Origin: a virus
Lineage: Duplodnaviria > Caudoviricetes
Strand: one strand, 5' to 3'
Virus record (IMG/VR): IMGVR_UViG_3300006641_000031
Span: 817 to 64,816 of that record
DNA length: 64,000 nucleotides
Shown here in pieces: positions 47,071 through 55,729 of this stretch; position 1 is the first letter of the stretch, and every line of letters starts with the position of its first letter. Made by a program: the position numbers and the translations under genes. Below the pieces are notes generated by a model. That model ran no database searches, had not been told where the DNA came from, and was given only the letters and a program-made list of their open reading frames with translations.

Positions 47071-47375
47071 CCCCACTTTTGCATAGGCACATTCTTGGCA
47101 TGAACCCCACTTTTGCATAGGCACATTCTTGGCATGAACCCCACTTTTGCATAGGCACATTTTATATGAGGCTGATCATGAGGCTGATCATACCTCAACC
47201 TAATTTGAATCGCAAAATGTGGGCTTTTTATACATGAGGCTGATCATGAGGCTGATCATAGTACGTTTATTATTGGAGTCGCAAAATGTGGGCTTTTTGC
47301 AAATTTTTTGGCGTTTCATGAAATTTTCCCGTATTATTATTAAATACAATAAATAAATAATAAATATAATACGTC
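47071..47375. repeat. Putative replication origin: iterons + AT-rich unwinding element
   Basis: 34-bp tandem unit at 47071, 47105 and 47139 (partial). Two blocks of (ATGAGGCTGATC)2 at 47166 and 47234. TCGCAAAATGTGGGCTTTTT at 47210 and 47279. AT run at about 47332-47370. Sits between primase and the DnaB region. Confidence 0.7.
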
Positions 47376-47575
47376 ATTGACCGGCGCTTGCGCGCCAATC
47401 AACTCAACACTCCATATCAACTCCAAGTTGTTCCGATCAACTTTCCATTATGCGAATCATCTACCATCTACTTCTCATCGCTCTATTACGATTTTATAAG
47501 GAGTCTATCAAGCCAATATTTTATGAGTGGTCTTGTTGCCATAAAAATGATCAGCTACTATGCTAGGGTCCACAT

Positions 47576-48448
47576 ATGAGTAGTGATGGTTTCGGTTTCA
47601 AAAAATCCAAGCTCGTTTCCAAATCAAATCCTGTTCAACATGAACAAAACAAATCATGGGCACTCCAACTCCACAATACTTTGAGAACTCACCGCCGGGT
47701 AACCTCTTATCCAATCCGGTCTGGTTCTTGGGAAACAGAATTTTCCAAGCTCAAGAAACAATACGAGCTTTCTGATCAAACAATCCAAGATCTTTTGGAT
47801 TGGTACTGCGCCAATTTGAAAAATGATTACGTTCCCCTTATTCGCTCTGCCAAGGGATTTCGCCAACGCCTCCCGGAGATACAAGAAGCCAAATTGAGAA
47901 TTTCTGGTTCAGATTCCAAAACTTCCAAATCAGAAGTTCAGCTCAGTGGGGAAGCGGCCAAAGTTTACAATGATTTGAAAACTTTGTATTGGCCGAGGGG
48001 AAGCGTAGCTCAATTACCAGAAGTGGTGGAAGCTAGTCTTTCTAACTATCGGGAATTTGTGGCAGAGTTATCTTCTCGCATGGAGTCTATTCGCGCCAAG
48101 GAACGCCAATTCACGGAAGATTTGTTAGGTGAAGAAAACACCATGGAAGGGTTACCCAAAGAAAAGCGGAATCTTATATTCCGTTTGCGTCGTTTGGTTC
48201 GTTTTTACGAATATCTTAATTCACGGTGCCTTTCTGCGCCTCGTCATTTTGTAGAAGGTTGGTTTCGCGCCATCAATTCCCGTTTGATTAAATGGGAGGG
48301 TTGGTTTGGTGACTTGAAGCCAATGATCTTTCGACCTAATTCTGATTGGTTCCATATAGAAGGTCGGGAGTGGGCGGTTCAATATGGAGATGTGGCATTG
48401 TGGCACGATCTTTGGATGGAAAGTGGCTTGGGGGAAAAGTATAAATGA
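47576..48448 (+). CDS. Hypothetical protein, candidate replication initiator/helicase loader
   Basis: Between putative origin and dnaB; ATGA-coupled to dnaB. Confidence 0.5.
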   Translation: MSSDGFGFKKSKLVSKSNPVQHEQNKSWALQLHNTLRTHRRVTSYPIRSGSWETEFSKLKKQYELSDQTIQDLLDWYCANLKNDYVPLIRSAKGFRQRLPEIQEAKLRISGSDSKTSKSEVQLSGEAAKVYNDLKTLYWPRGSVAQLPEVVEASLSNYREFVAELSSRMESIRAKERQFTEDLLGEENTMEGLPKEKRNLIFRLRRLVRFYEYLNSRCLSAPRHFVEGWFRAINSRLIKWEGWFGDLKPMIFRPNSDWFHIEGREWAVQYGDVALWHDLWMESGLGEKYK

Positions 48449-49842
48449 AAGTGGAAAGCCGAGATAGCAAAGAGGAACGACGTGTTCTCATTGGTATGAT
48501 TGTTGATCCACTTGTTCTCAGCCGGCTAGCTTCCAAGTGGGACAAAGATAATGGATTGTTTTATTCTCAATGGTCTAACATCATTGCGAATTGGTGCGTT
48601 AAGCATTTTTTGAAATACGGTAAGGCTCCTGGCAAGCACATTGAAGATATTTTTGAGCAGTGGGCGTCCGCTTCCAAAGACAAGACTACAACGCAACTTG
48701 TTTCCAGTTTTTTATCTGGTCTGTCTGGTGAATACGAGTCTTTGCAAGGGGAGTCCAATACTGAATATGTATTGGATGTGGCGGGAAGATATTTTAACGA
48801 GGTGCGTCTTGGCCGGCTGATCCAAGCGGTTCAAGATGATTTGGAAGATAAGAAAGTAGACCAAGCCTATACTCGGTTGAATACCTTTGGACGTTTGGAA
48901 ATAGGAGCTGGTGCCGGAGTAGATGTGCTGACGGATGAGACCGCCATTAAAGAAGCGTTCCAAGAAAATTTGGAGCCGTTGGTTCACTACCGTGGGGCGT
49001 TGGCTAATTTTTTTGGGAATGCTTTGGAACGTGATGCGTTTGTTTCATTCATGGGACCGGAAAAACGTGGCAAGACGTGGTGGTTGTTAGATTTAGCTTG
49101 GAGGGCAATGGTACAAGGAAAACGGGTTGCTTTTTTTGAAGTGGGAGACATGAGTCAGAACCAGATTATGCGGCGGTGGATGATTCGTGTTTCTAAGCAT
49201 CCACTTACTCCAAAGACTATTAAGTTTCCACGCTTTATTGAACGGGAGCCCCATGAAAAGTATGCCAAGGTGGATTTAGAAGAGATTGATTATGACCAAG
49301 GCTTGTCGTGGGAAATGGCTTGGAAAGCTTGCCAGGGAGTAATTAAGAAATTGGGAGGAAACCAATCTCTGTTGAAACTTTCTGTTCACCCGAATAGCAC
49401 ATTGTCCGTTCATGGAGTTCGTACTATTTTACAGACATGGGAGCGGGAGGGTTGGGTACCTGATGTCATTGTAGTGGACTATGCTGATATTTTGGCTCCA
49501 CCTCAAGGCATTGTAGAATCAAGAGATCAAATCAATGCTACGTGGAAAGGGTTGCGAGCCCTGTCCCAATCGTTCCATTGTTTGGTGGTGACTGCTACTC
49601 AATCAGACGCAGCCTCGTACAAGCAGGATTTGCTAGGACGAACCAATTTCACGGACGATAAACGAAAGTTCGCGCATGTTACTGGCATGGTGGGGCTGAA
49701 CAGTAGCCGGGAGGAAAAGGAATACGGACTAATGCGTTTGAACTGGTTGGTACTGCGTGAGAGCGAGTTTTCCGAAGACAAGTGTGTCCATGTTGCTGGT
49801 TGTTTGGACGTTGGTAATCCAGCGGTTCTTAGCTGCTTCTAG
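48445..49842 (+). CDS. dnaB: DnaB-like replicative helicase
   Basis: GPEKRGKT, VIVVDYADIL and VVTATQ motifs. Confidence 0.85.
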   Translation: MKVESRDSKEERRVLIGMIVDPLVLSRLASKWDKDNGLFYSQWSNIIANWCVKHFLKYGKAPGKHIEDIFEQWASASKDKTTTQLVSSFLSGLSGEYESLQGESNTEYVLDVAGRYFNEVRLGRLIQAVQDDLEDKKVDQAYTRLNTFGRLEIGAGAGVDVLTDETAIKEAFQENLEPLVHYRGALANFFGNALERDAFVSFMGPEKRGKTWWLLDLAWRAMVQGKRVAFFEVGDMSQNQIMRRWMIRVSKHPLTPKTIKFPRFIEREPHEKYAKVDLEEIDYDQGLSWEMAWKACQGVIKKLGGNQSLLKLSVHPNSTLSVHGVRTILQTWEREGWVPDVIVVDYADILAPPQGIVESRDQINATWKGLRALSQSFHCLVVTATQSDAASYKQDLLGRTNFTDDKRKFAHVTGMVGLNSSREEKEYGLMRLNWLVLRESEFSEDKCVHVAGCLDVGNPAVLSCF

Positions 49843-49846
49843 GCAC

Positions 49847-49877
49847 AAAAAAAGCCCGGAGGGTAAACCTCCGGGCT
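49847..49877 (-). terminator. Terminator for the minus-strand operon (possibly bidirectional)
   Basis: A7-GCCCGGAGG-GTAAA-CCTCCGGGCT. Confidence 0.7.
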
Positions 49878-49902
49878 GCTTGGGTTGTGAGTTGTTGGTG
49901 GG

Positions 49903-50151
49903 TTAGACGAGCTGCGCTGCCCGTCCGTCCGCGAGGTAAAACTCGAGAACAGAAGCCTCTAGCGTGTAGCCGGCAAACTCGCCTTCTGGTCCATTGTCCA
50001 AATTTTTGGCAATGAGTTGCGTGGCTTCTTCCGGGGATTTCGCCATTACCACCCATCCTCTCACGTGGGGGTGGTACTGAAACAAGTCGTCCTCCATTTG
50101 ACGGACCAGTGTGACCATCCAGAAGTGAAGTTTAGTTTTAGATCGGGCCAT
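49903..50151 (-). CDS. Hypothetical protein
   Basis: GGGAG RBS. Confidence 0.55.
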   Translation of the reverse strand: MARSKTKLHFWMVTLVRQMEDDLFQYHPHVRGWVVMAKSPEEATQLIAKNLDNGPEGEFAGYTLEASVLEFYLADGRAAQLV

Positions 50152-50167
50152 GAAAGTTCTCCCAGGT

Positions 50168-50365
50168 CTAGGTGTTGCAGAGGCGAATGACTGGACGGGG
50201 AATAAACCCGTCTCGTTTTCGGTAGTATCGGTCTATCTTTTTGGCAAACGCTATAGCGTCTGCTTTGATTTCTACGGGAGCATTCTGTTCTAGGTGGAGT
50301 AGCACCCCTCGCAGGTTTTGGACGGCGAGGGATGATGCCACGGCCAATTTCTGGCTTCGGTTCAT
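50168..50365 (-). CDS. Hypothetical protein
   Basis: Coupled start/stop with the upstream gene. Confidence 0.5.
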   Translation of the reverse strand: MNRSQKLAVASSLAVQNLRGVLLHLEQNAPVEIKADAIAFAKKIDRYYRKRDGFIPRPVIRLCNT

Positions 50366-50628
50366 TGTTGTTGGAGTTTTTGGAGTTGGGCGGTGAGTTC
50401 TTGGTTTTTCTTTTGCTCCTCAATCAGTTTTGCCTGGAGGTGGCTGTTCCCTTCTCGGTAGTATTCGGTCAACAAGTGGGACCGCATTGGTTCCAGTTGC
50501 CTCATCATGCTTTTCATTTTTGTCCGGAGGCCGGCATGGCGTTCTGCCGGGATCATGCCAATGGTGTTGTAGAGTATTTTCTGTACGTCCGCCAATTTGT
50601 CGATGACGCTGAGGATGTTGTTTTCCAT
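50362..50628 (-). CDS. Hypothetical coiled-coil protein
   Basis: ATG 50628 after AAGGA. Confidence 0.5.
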   Translation of the reverse strand: MENNILSVIDKLADVQKILYNTIGMIPAERHAGLRTKMKSMMRQLEPMRSHLLTEYYREGNSHLQAKLIEEQKKNQELTAQLQKLQQQ

Positions 50629-50639
50629 TTGCGGGGTCC

Positions 50640-50906
50640 TTAGTAAAGGTTCTTGTGGAAAGTTTCGCCGCAGTGCCGGCAAACGAGGTGAATGTTTCCG
50701 CTGTCCGGGCCGGCGGTGGACTGGTCATCCCAGTCGTGGTTGCCCTGTCCACAAGGGGACCGGCGAACCTTGATACGATGCCAGCAGATTTTGACCCAGT
50801 ATTGGAACAAGACTAGTAAATCCGGCAGTCGCCGGGTTTCCCCCAGCGATTGTTCGTAATAAAGGTCCATCTTGGCTTCTTCCCAGGCGCTCAGTTCTGT
50901 CTGCAT
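50640..50906 (-). CDS. Hypothetical Zn-binding protein
   Basis: C...H.W...CRHCG motif; CA-rich leader. Confidence 0.55.
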   Translation of the reverse strand: MQTELSAWEEAKMDLYYEQSLGETRRLPDLLVLFQYWVKICWHRIKVRRSPCGQGNHDWDDQSTAGPDSGNIHLVCRHCGETFHKNLY

Positions 50907-50972
50907 TGTTGTGTCCTTTGTGTTGTGGTTTTTAACGGTTTACAGCGCCGAAAATTTTTGGAAAACTTTTCG

Positions 50973-51375
50973 TTTCGTTTGGGAAAACCCCGCCCCCACA
51001 AGGGGGCGGGGTGCGTTTCCGGTTCCTTACTTGTTTTTCGTTTTCAGTTTGTTCATTTCCCAAACAAGTTCCTGGTTCCGTTGTTTTTCCGCATGCAATT
51101 CTTCGTGCGCCCGTTCCAGGCTCCATTTGTACCAGCTACACGAAATTTCTGTTTTGGAAATTTCAAGGCCGGCCAACATGGCTTCCAATCGCTTACTGGT
51201 GGTGTCGCTCTTTTCCGGCAACCCCTCTAAGGCTTTCAGTGTTTCCGTCAAAATTTGCCGCAAGGTGTCCATGTTCTTAATGGTGTCACCGTAGGGGCTT
51301 GTGCTTGTGGTCGTCATTTTTGAAGTTCCTTTCGTTTGGGAAAACCCCGCCCCCACAAGGGGGCGGGGTGCGTTT
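50973..51375. repeat. Perfect 46-bp direct repeats (each a GC hairpin) flanking one gene
   Basis: TTTCGTTTGGGAAAACCCCGCCCCCACAAGGGGGCGGGGTGCGTTT at 50973-51018 and 51330-51375. Confidence 0.9.
51027..51317 (-). CDS. Hypothetical coiled-coil protein
   Basis: ATG 51317 after AAAGGA; bounded by the 46-bp repeats. Confidence 0.55.
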   Translation of the reverse strand: MTTTSTSPYGDTIKNMDTLRQILTETLKALEGLPEKSDTTSKRLEAMLAGLEISKTEISCSWYKWSLERAHEELHAEKQRNQELVWEMNKLKTKNK

Positions 51376-51394
51376 TGGTGGTTGGTTATTCCGG

Positions 51395-51700
51395 CCCTGA
51401 CCCTTGTATTTTACACTGTTTCGGCTCAAGTGCAAGTGGGAAACCACTTAATTTTCAGAAAACTTTTTCAGAAACTCTGTAAGTTGTTGGTTTTCAACGG
51501 TTTACAGCGCGGAAAATTTTTAGAAAACTTTTTGGGGTTGGGGGGTGGTGGGTGGTGGGTGGTTGCGGGAAATTATTTCTAAAAATTTCCTGCGCCGTAA
51601 GTCTTTGAAAATTAAAGACTTAGGTGTTTTCCAAAAAAGTTTTCTGAAAATTTTGTGTTGTGGTGCTTGAGTTTGAGCCGAAAAAATACAAGGGTCAGGG
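51395..51700. promoter_or_regulatory. Divergent promoter cassette 2, homologous to cassette 1
   Basis: 22-bp core GTATTTTACACTGTTTCGGCTC at 51406-51427 is identical to 40451-40472. The inverted partner at 51666-51700 lacks 7 bp including most of the spacer/-10 junction. Confidence 0.75.
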
Positions 51701-51929
51701 GGCCTCTGAAACTAAATCGGGGGTCGTTTCGGGCCGGCAGTTAGAAGAAATCGCCAACTCTTTGGAAATTCAGCTTGGCGACCTTTTGGAATACTTGGAA
51801 CACGCCAAGAAACTGAACCTTGTGTTGGAGGTACCTGACTGGTCCAAAGTGCCAATTATGAATGGTTGGGTCTGTTCCCAGCCGTGCGCCACTTTGCTTG
51901 GTTTGATCGGGAATTTGGGGCTGAAATAA
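51660..51929 (+). CDS. Hypothetical protein, possibly a truncated Xre/HTH_26-like fragment
   Basis: LEEIANSLEIQLGDLLEY resembles the C-terminal helices of Cro/C1 HTH proteins. The start lies inside the promoter repeat and is doubtful. Confidence 0.3.
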   Translation: MVLEFEPKKYKGQGASETKSGVVSGRQLEEIANSLEIQLGDLLEYLEHAKKLNLVLEVPDWSKVPIMNGWVCSQPCATLLGLIGNLGLK

Positions 51930-52005
51930 GTGGCTCCCCTCTGCCCCCTTGGCACAACGCCAAGGGGGCAGGGATGGTGTTACTTTTTATGATAGGAGAA
52001 CCCCA

Positions 52006-52572
52006 ATGACAACTGAAATGAGTATGGGAAACCCGATGGGTGTTCCTACGGTGGTGGTGAACTGCAATCCACGGCCAGAGGTGCCTGATTTGCCTCAATG
52101 GGTAGCGAATACAGCCGATAAATTGGCTGTTGCCGCAGATCATGTGCGACGTATGGTGGAATTGGACCCTACGCTGTTGGTGGGCACTCCATACGAGTTA
52201 GAGCACATTACGGCTGCCGTGGTGGGACAGGCTAACCGCATTAACCGGGAGGCTTTGGCTCAGTTGATCGCACGTGTTGGCGCGAACAAGAAACCCCAGC
52301 TGCCAAAAGAATTCATGGAGGTTAAAACGGATGAAGTGCGAAGTCGCAGTGCGTGGGAAGGACACAGCATGACCGCTATTTTGAGGTGGATGGGCGAGCA
52401 CAAGTGGAACGCGGCGGACGCTAAGGCGGTGCTGGCTGAGTTGGGTTTACACCCTTCTGACAATACTATTTCTGCACAGTTGCGGGCAGGACGGTTGGGA
52501 GAACGTGGTGGGAGTGCTGAATTGACGGAAGTTCAAACGAAAACTTTACTTCAGATTTTAACGAAAATCTGA
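52006..52572 (+). CDS. Hypothetical protein, possible DNA-binding C-terminal domain
   Basis: ATG 52006 after AGGAG. Confidence 0.55.
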   Translation: MTTEMSMGNPMGVPTVVVNCNPRPEVPDLPQWVANTADKLAVAADHVRRMVELDPTLLVGTPYELEHITAAVVGQANRINREALAQLIARVGANKKPQLPKEFMEVKTDEVRSRSAWEGHSMTAILRWMGEHKWNAADAKAVLAELGLHPSDNTISAQLRAGRLGERGGSAELTEVQTKTLLQILTKI

Positions 52573-52657
52573 GGTTGTGTTTCTGGTGTGTTCCGATAAT
52601 ATGGTTGAAGTGTGGTTGTTTTTAACTTTGGAATTTGAGATTGGAGTAGGTGAAGCC

Positions 52658-53443
52658 ATGCAAGTGAAGCACAGTCAGGCAATTGCGTTGTTCCAGGACC
52701 TTGGATGGGCGGGGGCAGACAAGTGGTCGGAGGCACGGTGCCTCGCCAAGTTGGCGTTGATTCGGGACGATGATTCTTTGGAAGCTGATGGGGAGGAGAA
52801 CCAAACTTTGTTGGACAAGGTGCGCGCGACCAAGACGGAATTTGAAATTGTGGCGGATGACACGGACGAGGATGCCGACGAGGCCCCCAAGGCCAAGAAG
52901 AAGGCGGCAAAGGCTGAGCCGGAACCGGAGGCTGACACGGACGACGAGGACGTGCCGGCCCCCAAGGCCAAGAAAAAGGCGAAGGTAGAACCGGAGGCTG
53001 ACACGGACGCTGACACGGACGACGAGGACGTGCCGGCCCCTCCCAAGGCCAAGAAGAAGGCGAAGGCCGAACCGGAGGTTGACGACGACGAGGACGTGCC
53101 GGCTAAGGCCAAGAAAAAGGCGAAGGCAGAACCGGAGGCTGACACGGATACGGACGACGAGGACGTGCCGGCTAAGGCCCCCAAGGCCAAGAAGAAGGCG
53201 AAGAAGAATGGTGAACAGCGTCCGGGTGTTATCGCCTCCATTGTGGAGTGCTTGAAGAAGGCTACGGAGAAGCACCCGATCACTAAGGCTAAGATTTTGG
53301 AGGCTTTGGTTTCGAAGTTTCCGGATCGGGAGGAGGAGTCCATGGCCAAGACGGTCAACGTCCAATTGAGCTATCACCTCAAGACGTATAAGGGGCTTTC
53401 TGTCCAACGGAACGATAATGGGTATTGGTTGGACAGCGAGTAG
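52658..53443 (+). CDS. Histone H1/nucleoid-like protein with acidic-basic repeats and C-terminal winged-helix-like domain
   Basis: About five repeats of EPEADTDDEDVPA(P)KAKKKAK. C-terminus RPGVIASIVECL...ITKAKILEAL..KFPDR...GYW. Confidence 0.65.
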   Translation: MQVKHSQAIALFQDLGWAGADKWSEARCLAKLALIRDDDSLEADGEENQTLLDKVRATKTEFEIVADDTDEDADEAPKAKKKAAKAEPEPEADTDDEDVPAPKAKKKAKVEPEADTDADTDDEDVPAPPKAKKKAKAEPEVDDDEDVPAKAKKKAKAEPEADTDTDDEDVPAKAPKAKKKAKKNGEQRPGVIASIVECLKKATEKHPITKAKILEALVSKFPDREEESMAKTVNVQLSYHLKTYKGLSVQRNDNGYWLDSE

Positions 53444-53468
53444 TCCTCTCCATTCAGTTGTGTTTCTT

Positions 53469-53504
53469 AAAAAGACTAGCGGCGAACCGCTAGTCTTTTT
53501 TTTT
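53469..53504 (+). terminator. Rho-independent terminator
   Basis: AAAAAGACTAGCGG-CGAA-CCGCTAGTC-T9. Confidence 0.85.
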
Positions 53505-53534
53505 GTTGGTACCCGAAAAGAAGGAGCCATAATT

Positions 53535-53990
53535 ATGGTTTTGTTTGATGATTCCTCTGTTATTACTGCGACACGTCGGTTGCATTTTTGCGCTGGTCAC
53601 CGAGTGGTGAACCACGAGTCTAAATGCAAGCATTTCCACGGGCACAACTATGTAACGTATGTTACCGCTAGTTCCAGGGCGTTAGATATTGTGGGACGGG
53701 TCATTGATTTTGGAGAACTCAAGAGGTTTTACCAGCCTTGGTTAGACGAAAATTGGGATCACCGTATGATTTTGTGGAGTGAGGACCCATTACTTGAGTC
53801 GTTTCGTGAGTTAGATGGAACTGGATTAGCGGTGGTGCCGTTTAACCCTACTGCTGAGAATATGGCGGGATTTTTGTTGGAACTTGGAAACAAGCATTTC
53901 TCTCCTGCTTATGGTCCTGGTTTTATTTCACGAGTGTTGGTGTTGGAAACGGAAAACTGTTCGGCGTCTTGGGGTGTGGGTCCAGGGTAA
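53535..53990 (+). CDS. queD: 6-carboxy-5,6,7,8-tetrahydropterin synthase
   Basis: F.AGHR...C.HFHGHNY, VIDFG.LK, WDH, NPTAEN and ETENC motifs. Confidence 0.92.
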   Translation: MVLFDDSSVITATRRLHFCAGHRVVNHESKCKHFHGHNYVTYVTASSRALDIVGRVIDFGELKRFYQPWLDENWDHRMILWSEDPLLESFRELDGTGLAVVPFNPTAENMAGFLLELGNKHFSPAYGPGFISRVLVLETENCSASWGVGPG

Positions 53991-54055
53991 TGCCTTTGGT
54001 CCATCAGGGCCGATTATGTAGGGAAGGGAATTTCTATTATGGGGAGATTTGTACT

Positions 54056-54847
54056 ATGCTAAATGACCAGAAACCTGAAAGGCTTTTGGTAGGAGTGAGT
54101 CCAGTTGAAATTGCGAAACTGGATGTGATCAATGTTTGGAGTACCATTCAGGGGGAGGGTCCATTTGCTGGCGTGCTCTCCACTTTTGTTCGGTTGGCTG
54201 GATGTAATTTGAAATGCCCTTTATGTGATACACAATATACAAAGGGGCGCCGGCAGTTTAGCATTCCTGATTTGGTTTCACAAATAGCTTTGGTTCAGCG
54301 ACCAGTTCCGTTATATGGTCGGCCAATTGGGGTGACTAAGTATTCTGTGAATCCGTTGGTGGTGATTACTGGTGGGGAGCCATTCCGTCAACCAAACGTA
54401 TTTCATTTGATAGAAGCGTTGTTGGACGGTGGTTTTAGCGTCCAAGTTGAAACCAATGGAACGACGGCTGGTGATGCTAAATTTCTCTCAAAGCTCCATA
54501 GCGAGTATGGTGGGACACATAAAAGACGTGTTGCTTTCACGGTGGTGTGTAGTCCCAAGGCGGTCAAGGTTAGTGATAGTCTTTTGCCTCATATTGATTG
54601 TTGGAAATATGTAATGGAGTGCGATCAGGTCCACGCTGAAGACGGATTGCCTTCTAGCGTGTTGGGCTCCAATTTTATGCCGGCTAGACCTCCTCTCAAC
54701 ACTCCCCCTCAGGACATTTACTTGCAGCCCGTGGATGTTCAAGATCCACAGCGCAATGACTTGCATCTTAAGGCGGTGGTCAAGTCTTGTATGACGTTCG
54801 GTTATCGTTTGGGTGTTCAGTTGCACAAGTTGATTGGAGTGGAATGA
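54056..54847 (+). CDS. queE: 7-carboxy-7-deazaguanine synthase (radical SAM)
   Basis: TIQGEGPFAG, FVRLAGCNLKCPLCDT, TGGEP, ETNG, CSPK and QLHK motifs. Confidence 0.92.
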   Translation: MLNDQKPERLLVGVSPVEIAKLDVINVWSTIQGEGPFAGVLSTFVRLAGCNLKCPLCDTQYTKGRRQFSIPDLVSQIALVQRPVPLYGRPIGVTKYSVNPLVVITGGEPFRQPNVFHLIEALLDGGFSVQVETNGTTAGDAKFLSKLHSEYGGTHKRRVAFTVVCSPKAVKVSDSLLPHIDCWKYVMECDQVHAEDGLPSSVLGSNFMPARPPLNTPPQDIYLQPVDVQDPQRNDLHLKAVVKSCMTFGYRLGVQLHKLIGVE

Positions 54848-54848
54848 A

Positions 54849-55541
54849 ATGGGTCGTATTCCTGCGGTTCTGTCATTGAGTGGTGGGATGGATTCAGCCA
54901 CGTTGTTTGCGTCCATGATTGAGAGTGGACGCAAGGTAGTTCGTGCTGTTGGATTTTGTTACGGCTCCAAGCACAATTCTTATGAAAATGCGGCTGCCGC
55001 TAACTTGGCGAGTCACTATTCTGTGCCCTACGATTTGGTGGATCTTAATAACGTGGGGGCGCTGTTGAGGAGCAACCTTTTGCGTCAAGGAGGTCCAATT
55101 CCGGAAGGTCATTACGAGGCTAAGTCTATGGAACAGACCGTGGTTCCTGGACGCAATCTTATTTTTGCCTCTATTCTGTCCGGCTTAGCGTGGAGCACTG
55201 ATGCCGTAGAAGTGTGGATGGGAGTCCATTCTGGTGATCACGCTATTTATCCGGACTGCCGGCCAGATTTTGTGAGTGCAATGGCTGCCGCTATTCATTA
55301 CGGCACGGATGGTCGTATTAAGCTCATGACTCCATTTTTGAATATGAATAAGAATTCAATTTTGGAGTATGGCCTACGGTATCAAGTGCCGTATATTCTT
55401 ACTCGCACATGCTACAAAGACCAGCCCGTGGCTTGTGGTAAGTGTGGGTCTTGTCAGGAGCGTTTGGCTGCTTTTGCGGCAAATGGATTGCCAGATCCGA
55501 TTGAATACGAATCTCGGGAAATTGTTCTCAAGGAGGTGTAA
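54849..55541 (+). CDS. queC: 7-cyano-7-deazaguanine (preQ0) synthase
   Basis: SGGMDS, VPGRN, YPDCR and TCY...CGKCGSC.ER motifs. Confidence 0.95.
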   Translation: MGRIPAVLSLSGGMDSATLFASMIESGRKVVRAVGFCYGSKHNSYENAAAANLASHYSVPYDLVDLNNVGALLRSNLLRQGGPIPEGHYEAKSMEQTVVPGRNLIFASILSGLAWSTDAVEVWMGVHSGDHAIYPDCRPDFVSAMAAAIHYGTDGRIKLMTPFLNMNKNSILEYGLRYQVPYILTRTCYKDQPVACGKCGSCQERLAAFAANGLPDPIEYESREIVLKEV

Positions 55542-55543
55542 TC

Positions 55544-55729
55544 ATGTTGGTGCTAAGTAGAAAAGCCAATGAATCTATTATCATTGGTGGCAATATTCGC
55601 GTGTTGGTGGTGGAAGTGTCTGGAACTCATGTGAAGCTGGGAATCGAAGCCCCACGAGAGGTCACTATCAACCGATCCGAAATTCAAGCTATTGTGGATG
55701 CTAGAAAGGAAACGGAACATCATGGTTGA
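55544..55729 (+). CDS. csrA: Carbon storage regulator (translational repressor)
   Basis: MLVLSRK.NESI.IG.NI...VKLGIEAPREV.I.RSE signature. Confidence 0.95.
   Translation: MLVLSRKANESIIIGGNIRVLVVEVSGTHVKLGIEAPREVTINRSEIQAIVDARKETEHHG

Noticed and set aside
47071-47300. 34-bp repeats as a CRISPR array
   Set aside because: Units are directly tandem with no unique spacers and no cas genes; iterons fit better.
47388-47579. 63-aa ORF next to the origin
   Set aside because: TTG start, no RBS, AT-rich origin-flanking DNA; likely non-coding.
52622-53530. Long minus-strand ORFs (302 and 227 aa)
   Set aside because: Antisense shadows of the repeat-rich + strand gene.
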